Positions 27,227 through 32,000 of a DNA stretch of 32,000 nucleotides are shown here, piece after piece. The stretch is from Caldimicrobium thiodismutans. GTDB lineage: Bacteria; Desulfobacterota; Thermodesulfobacteria; Thermodesulfobacteriales; Thermodesulfobacteriaceae. The translations under genes were made by a program, and so were the position numbers. Position 1 is the stretch's first letter, and every line of letters begins with the position of its first letter. The stretch is from assembly GCF_001548275.1 (NCBI RefSeq), contig NZ_AP014945.1, positions 1,350,001-1,382,000 on the forward strand, read 5' to 3'. The notes under the pieces are model-generated. The model did no database searches. It was not told the DNA's origin and saw nothing but the letters and a program-made list of their open reading frames with translations.

Positions 27227-27256
27227 AAATTAACTAAAAATTAACCTCAAATTAAC
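27227..27256 (+). promoter_or_regulatory. Three direct AAATTAAC repeats at exact 11-bp phasing upstream of the octaheme cytochrome gene
   Basis: AAATTAAC occurs at 27227, 27238 and 27249, with an extra TTAAC at 27210. A consensus TATAAT lies at 27279-27284 with no recognisable -35 element. Confidence 0.5.
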
Positions 27257-27322
27257 CGCATTTTCCAAAAAATTTCTTTATAATAAGTCTAAAAATACCT
27301 TTTACAGGAGGTGGATATGGGT

Positions 27323-29002
27323 ATGAAAGGAAAAAAATTAAAATGGAGCATGGGATTACCCCTTGCTCTTTTAGGGGGAGCCTTGGTTGTGGGTGGCCTA
27401 TATTCCCAAGTTGAAGCCAAAAAGGGCGTAACATCCCCTGTGGAAAAGGCGGATGTTCAGACCTGTTATGGCTGTCATAGTGAGATTAAAGACCTTCATG
27501 CAACAAGTAAGCACAAAAATTTAAACTGTAATGTCTGTCATTCCAACTTTGGAAAACATCTTGAAAATCCTATGGAGAACAAACCTATTACACGCCTTGA
27601 GCATGCTGTTTGCGGACAGTGCCATAAGGATCAATATGAAACCTTTGTGAGTGTTAATTTGGCTTCACCGGCAAAGATTGAAAAAGCAACCTCAACAAGT
27701 AGGTCCCCTCTTTTTGACAATCTTATGAGACCCCATGGCTTTACGAGGGAACATGCTGAGCCTCGGAGCCACATTTTTGCTTTAGTTGATCATCTTCTTG
27801 TGGACAGAGCTTATGGCGGAAGATTTCAACTTAAGGACTGGACTATGCTTTTTAATGCCAAGGCAGCTGAAAAAAGCGCCTGGGAAGTTTTAAAAGATGC
27901 TGATCCTGCATCAAGTGATCAGAAAATTTTTCCACCTTACACTCCAAGAACAGCAGCCACAGCTGCAAACCCTGTATGCTTACAATGTAAGACCACAGAT
28001 TTTATTCTTAAATGGGCCTATATGGGAGATAAACACCCCAAGGCCAAATGGGATAGAACCTCTAAGGTAGTAGAGATGGCAAGGGATGCTCACAGAACAT
28101 TTGCTTGTGTGCACTGTCATGATCCTCACGCAGCTAAACACAGAGTAGTAAGAGATGCCCTGATTGAGGCCATTGTTGACAGAGGTAAAGGGACCTATCC
28201 TTATGACCCTGAAAAGAGCAAAAAAGTCACTGTCCAAAAGATTGTCTTTAGGGATTTTAGAGCTATTGGAATCTTAAATAAAGCAGATGCCAATATAATG
28301 TGTGCCCAGTGTCATGTAGAATATAACTGTAATCCTGGCTTTGATCCAAAGACCGGACAGGCTATACCCATGGCTGATAGAAGAACCAATTTCTTCCCCT
28401 GGGTTAATGTAATGGATATTGAAAAGGTTTATGATGAAATAGGCTTTAGAGATTTCAAGCATGAAATAACTGGTGCTCCTCTTATTAAGCTTCAGCATCC
28501 TGAGGTGGAGACCTTCTGGGGAAGCAAACATGAAAGAGCAGGAGTGACCTGTGCGGATTGTCATATGCCAAAGGTTAAAAATAAACAGGGCAAGATCTAT
28601 ACCTTCCATGGGCAGAGAAGTGTAAAGTATGTGCCTGGAAGAACTGCGGTTTGTGTTAACTGTCATAAATACTGGACGCCAGAGCAAGCTGAATATGTGA
28701 TTTCAGGAATACAGAATTATATCCGTGGAAAGATGAGAAAGGCTGAGTTCTGGATTTCAAAACTTGTGGATACTTATGCCCAGGCCCAGGCAGTCGGGGT
28801 TTCTGAGGAGGTTCTTGCTCAGGCAAGACAGAAGCACGCTCAGGCTCATCACTATTGGGAATGGTGGACTGCTGAAAACTCTGATGGTTTTCACAATCCC
28901 GAACTTGCTACTGCTTCTCTAAATAAAGCAATTCAATTAGCAAATGATGGAGTCCTTCTCCTTGAAAAGGCCATAAAAGAGAAGCGGACATCTGGTAAGT
29001 AA
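27323..29002 (+). CDS. Octaheme cytochrome c nitrite reductase, NrfA family (TvNiR/ONR-like)
   Basis: AGGAGGTG at 27306-27313; the start is 27317 or 27323. A signal peptide is present. Heme motifs in order: CYGCH, CNVCH, CGQCH, CLQCK, CVHCH, CAQCH, CADCH, CVNCH. NrfA-like blocks CAQCHVEY and KLQHPEVETFWGSKHERAGVTCADCHMPKV are present. Confidence 0.85.
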   Translation: MKGKKLKWSMGLPLALLGGALVVGGLYSQVEAKKGVTSPVEKADVQTCYGCHSEIKDLHATSKHKNLNCNVCHSNFGKHLENPMENKPITRLEHAVCGQCHKDQYETFVSVNLASPAKIEKATSTSRSPLFDNLMRPHGFTREHAEPRSHIFALVDHLLVDRAYGGRFQLKDWTMLFNAKAAEKSAWEVLKDADPASSDQKIFPPYTPRTAATAANPVCLQCKTTDFILKWAYMGDKHPKAKWDRTSKVVEMARDAHRTFACVHCHDPHAAKHRVVRDALIEAIVDRGKGTYPYDPEKSKKVTVQKIVFRDFRAIGILNKADANIMCAQCHVEYNCNPGFDPKTGQAIPMADRRTNFFPWVNVMDIEKVYDEIGFRDFKHEITGAPLIKLQHPEVETFWGSKHERAGVTCADCHMPKVKNKQGKIYTFHGQRSVKYVPGRTAVCVNCHKYWTPEQAEYVISGIQNYIRGKMRKAEFWISKLVDTYAQAQAVGVSEEVLAQARQKHAQAHHYWEWWTAENSDGFHNPELATASLNKAIQLANDGVLLLEKAIKEKRTSGK

Positions 29003-29010
29003 AAATTTTT

Positions 29011-29035
29011 GGGGGGCTCTAAGCCCCCCTTTTTT
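29011..29035 (+). terminator. Strong rho-independent terminator after the octaheme cytochrome gene
   Basis: GGGGGGCT (29011-29018), loop CTA, AGCCCCCC (29022-29029), then TTTTTT. Confidence 0.9.
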
Positions 29036-29068
29036 ATTTATTTACTAAACAAAGTAAGGAGGTCAAGA

Positions 29069-29452
29069 ATGATTAAAAAAATAATTCCCTTAATGAGCGT
29101 TATATTAATTCTTTTTTTGGGATGGGTTTTTACAGGAGAAGCTGCTAAAAAGAAAGGTCATCCCAAAATTGGAGATATGATAACCGAAGATCCCCAGGTC
29201 TGTGTGAGCTGTCATGAAGGAAAAGTTAAGGAATGGGAGAAAGGGCCTCATGGTCTAAATCAAGTGCGCTGTTTTATCTGTCATGGAGATCTTGAGAAAA
29301 GATTTGAAAGAGTAGCCAAGCCCTCAAATTGTGTAATGTGTCATGCTGATAAGGTTGAGGATTTGAAAAAGGCAAAAAAATCTAACTGCTTTGTTTGTCA
29401 TACCGGACATACTTTGGAAGTAAAACCAGGAAGCAAAAATATACACAAATAA
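29069..29452 (+). CDS. Small tetraheme c-type cytochrome with N-terminal signal/anchor (NapM-like position)
   Basis: AAGGAGG at 29056-29062 precedes the ATG at 29069; the track start at 29009 lies inside the terminator. Four CxxCH motifs (CVSCH, CFICH, CVMCH, CFVCH) fall within about 80 residues. Immediately upstream of napA. Confidence 0.8.
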   Translation: MIKKIIPLMSVILILFLGWVFTGEAAKKKGHPKIGDMITEDPQVCVSCHEGKVKEWEKGPHGLNQVRCFICHGDLEKRFERVAKPSNCVMCHADKVEDLKKAKKSNCFVCHTGHTLEVKPGSKNIHK

Positions 29453-29466
29453 GGGAGGTGTTAAAA

Positions 29467-31779
29467 ATGGCTGAGATGAATAGAAGAGACTTTTTAAAAT
29501 GGAGTGCTGCTATAACAGCAGCCTCTGTTGTTGGTTTTGAGCTTTCCCTACCAGAAAATCTTCAGGCTGTTGAAGTAGATAAATGGGTAAAAAGTGTGTG
29601 TAGATATTGTGGAGCTGGATGTGGGCTTTACATTGGTGTTAAAGGGGGAAAAGTTGTTGCAGTTAAGGGAGATGATAAGAACTGGAACAGAGGTTATCTC
29701 TGTGTGAAGGGAAGTTATCTTCCCAAGATCCTTGATGCTCCAGATAGACTTAAATATCCCATGGTGAGGGATGGAAATAAATGGAAGAGAATTTCATGGG
29801 ATAAGGCGATGAATCTTATGGTCTCAAAGTTTGCTGAGGCTATTAAAAAATATGGCCCTCATGCAGTAGGATTTTACGGTTCTGGACAATCTTTTTCTGA
29901 AGAGTCTTATCTTGCAAATAAGCTTTATAAAGGGGCCCTTGGCACAAATAACATTGATGGGAACCCAAGACTCTGTATGGCTTCTGCTGCGGTTGGATAT
30001 GTGACCTCCTTTGGGAAGGATGAACCCATGGGAAGCTATGATGATATCTATCATGCGGATTGCTTTTTTATAATTGGTTCAAACATGAGTGAGGCCCATC
30101 CTGTTATTTTTAGACTTGTTATGGAACAAAAGAGAAAGAGAAATGTTAAAATCGTTGTTGTAGATCCACGGAAAACCCTTACGGCAAGAAATGCAGATTT
30201 ATATCTTGATTTCGTTCCGGGAACAGACCTTTTCATCCTTCATGCTATGGCCCATGTCATTGTAAAGGAAAAACTTTATAATAAAGACTTTTTTGACAAA
30301 CATGCTGTTTTTAAAAAGATGGGACCAGATAACAAACCTGTTAATGTCACCTTTGACGAATATGTAAAGTTTCTTGAAGAATACACTCCTGAGCTTGCAG
30401 AGCAAAAATCAGGATGTCCTAAGGAAAAGATTATTCAAGCAGCAAGGTGGTTTGCTACCTCTAAAGCTACCATGAGCTTCTGGTGTATGGGAATAAATCA
30501 GAGGACAAGGGGGGTCTGGGCCAATAATCTCATTCATAATCTCCATCTTCTTACTGGTCAGATCTGCAGACCAGGGGCAACTCCATTTTCCCTAACAGGA
30601 CAGCCTAATGCCTGTGGTGGTATTCGTGATGTGGGATTGCTTTCTCACCTTCTTCCTTACGGGAGAGTTATTGCTAATGAAAAGCATAGAGCAGAAATGG
30701 AAGAATTCTGGGGGATTCCCAAGGGAAGAATTCATTCAAAACCAGGACCTACTGCTATTGAGTTATTCACAAAATTTGCAGAAGGAGAAATTAAGTGTCT
30801 CTGGGTGGTCTGCACAAATCCTGGGCAGAGTCTTCCAAATCTCCAAAAATATAGAAAGGGTATGGCAAGTGGGGACACCTTTTTAGTGGTTAGTGAGGCC
30901 TATCATCCCAGTAGAACTTCAGAGCTTGCAGATCTTGTTTTGCCAGCAGCCCTCTGGTGTGAAAAAGAAGGAACCTATGGACAATCTGAGAGAAGATATC
31001 AATATTTGCCTCAGGTTATAAAGCCCCTTGGTGAAGCAAAATCAGACTTCGAAGTAATCTTAACTTTTGCAAGAAAGCTTTTAACTGCCCTGGGAAGAGA
31101 AGATGAAGCTAAGAAATTATTCCCCTATAAAACTACTGAAGATGTCTGGAATGAAATGAGAGCATGTTCTAAAAATACAGTTTACAATTTCTGGGGTATG
31201 ACAAGAGCAAGACTGATTAAAGAACATGGTATGCTCTGGCCTGTTCCTACTGAAGATTACCCAGCCCCAGGCACATTACGGCGCTTTACTGCCAAATATG
31301 GAGATCCCCTGGTTAAAAAGTTTGATCCCAAAGCTGAAGATATTTCCTTCTATGGAAATCCTGCGGATGGAAACAGGGCTATAATCTGGCTTAGACCTGC
31401 AGTGGGGCCTGCTGAACCTGCGGATAAAGATTATCCCTTTGTTCTTACTACTGGGCGCCTTATTGAACACTGGCATACGGGCACAATGACTATGAAGGTT
31501 CCTGAACTTATGAGGGCTGCGCCTCAGGCCTTTGTAGAAATTAATCCTAAAGATGCTCAAAAGCTTGGGATTAAAACGGGAGATAAAGTGCGTCTAACCT
31601 CACGCAGGGGAAGTATTGTCCTTCCTGCCAAAGTAGTTGATATTCCAAGACCAGGAGTGTTATTTGTGCCCTTCCACTATCCTGAAAAACTTATAAATGA
31701 CTTAGTCACCGATGCCTTTGATGCCCTTTCCAAACAGCCTGAATTTAAAATCTCTGCGGTAAGGATTGAGAAGGTTTAA
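29467..31779 (+). CDS. napA: Periplasmic nitrate reductase catalytic subunit
   Basis: GGGAGGTG RBS before the ATG at 29467. Tat signal NRRDFLKWSAA, the [4Fe-4S] motif CRYCGAGCG...C, and the Mo-ligand region PRLCMASAAVGY. About 770 aa, followed by napD. Confidence 0.93.
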   Translation: MAEMNRRDFLKWSAAITAASVVGFELSLPENLQAVEVDKWVKSVCRYCGAGCGLYIGVKGGKVVAVKGDDKNWNRGYLCVKGSYLPKILDAPDRLKYPMVRDGNKWKRISWDKAMNLMVSKFAEAIKKYGPHAVGFYGSGQSFSEESYLANKLYKGALGTNNIDGNPRLCMASAAVGYVTSFGKDEPMGSYDDIYHADCFFIIGSNMSEAHPVIFRLVMEQKRKRNVKIVVVDPRKTLTARNADLYLDFVPGTDLFILHAMAHVIVKEKLYNKDFFDKHAVFKKMGPDNKPVNVTFDEYVKFLEEYTPELAEQKSGCPKEKIIQAARWFATSKATMSFWCMGINQRTRGVWANNLIHNLHLLTGQICRPGATPFSLTGQPNACGGIRDVGLLSHLLPYGRVIANEKHRAEMEEFWGIPKGRIHSKPGPTAIELFTKFAEGEIKCLWVVCTNPGQSLPNLQKYRKGMASGDTFLVVSEAYHPSRTSELADLVLPAALWCEKEGTYGQSERRYQYLPQVIKPLGEAKSDFEVILTFARKLLTALGREDEAKKLFPYKTTEDVWNEMRACSKNTVYNFWGMTRARLIKEHGMLWPVPTEDYPAPGTLRRFTAKYGDPLVKKFDPKAEDISFYGNPADGNRAIIWLRPAVGPAEPADKDYPFVLTTGRLIEHWHTGTMTMKVPELMRAAPQAFVEINPKDAQKLGIKTGDKVRLTSRRGSIVLPAKVVDIPRPGVLFVPFHYPEKLINDLVTDAFDALSKQPEFKISAVRIEKV

Positions 31780-31780
31780 A

Positions 31781-32000
31781 ATGCTTTATATTGGGGTAAT
31801 GATTGATCTTGCCGAGAGGGGGGCTGAAAAGGCCCTCTCGGCCCTTCCTTTTTTAACTATATATGGAAGTAAAGAGGATAAACTTATTGGAGTAATAGAA
31901 GTTCAGGATTTAGAGGAATGGAAAAGAGTAAATGAAATTCTTTTAAATATTCCAGGATTTTTAGGTCTATCTATACTTTCATCATTTCAAGAAGATCGCG
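31781..32000 (+). CDS. napD: NapD-like Tat-proofreading chaperone (5' part; runs off the window)
   Basis: The ATG at 31781 is 2 nt after the napA stop and the frame is open to the window end: MLYIGVMIDLAERGAEKALSALPFLTIYGSKEDKLIGVIEVQDLEEWKRVNEILLNIPGFLGLSILSSFQED. This has the NapD-like ferredoxin-fold pattern (I..V.......L..lPgv.v......gKliv.iE......... I..l.Gvl...lv). It is absent from the ORF track because no stop lies within the window. Confidence 0.7.
   Translation, partial: MLYIGVMIDLAERGAEKALSALPFLTIYGSKEDKLIGVIEVQDLEEWKRVNEILLNIPGFLGLSILSSFQEDR

Overview
This is a chromosomal segment from an AT-rich, probably thermophilic, diderm anaerobe. The proteins are Lys/Glu/Ile-rich, Arg is mostly AGA/AGG, and most genes carry GGAGG-type ribosome-binding sites. 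I cannot assign a taxon from sequence alone. Left to right the window holds: the 3' end of an unidentified CDS; a split F-type ATP synthase membrane-sector operon (atpZ-like, atpI-like, atpB, atpE) ending in a clear terminator; comM/yifB; a CDP-alcohol phosphatidyltransferase; hypC-hypD; and a convergent uptake [NiFe]-hydrogenase operon on the minus strand (small subunit, large subunit, cytochrome b). Next is a nitrogen-assimilation block in which glnA, with a near-consensus sigma-54 promoter, is flanked by two paralogous GAF-AAA+-HTH sigma-54 activators and followed by PII-amtB-porin-MBL hydrolase. Then come a decayed DDE transposase fragment, gpsA and a DsrE-like protein. The most unusual part is 19.4-32.0 kb. 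It encodes a free PhnD-like periplasmic binding protein, a histidine kinase and a sigma-54 response regulator, followed by a sigma-54-type promoter. Downstream are a TtrB/TtrA-like Fe-S plus 1080-aa Tat-exported molybdopterin oxidoreductase pair with no membrane-anchor gene. A terminator-bracketed octaheme NrfA-family (TvNiR/ONR-like) nitrite reductase and a tetraheme cytochrome-napA-napD operon that runs off the window complete the region. I saw no rRNA, tRNA, CRISPR array or intact mobile element. All family assignments come from motifs read by eye in the supplied translations. No database search was possible.
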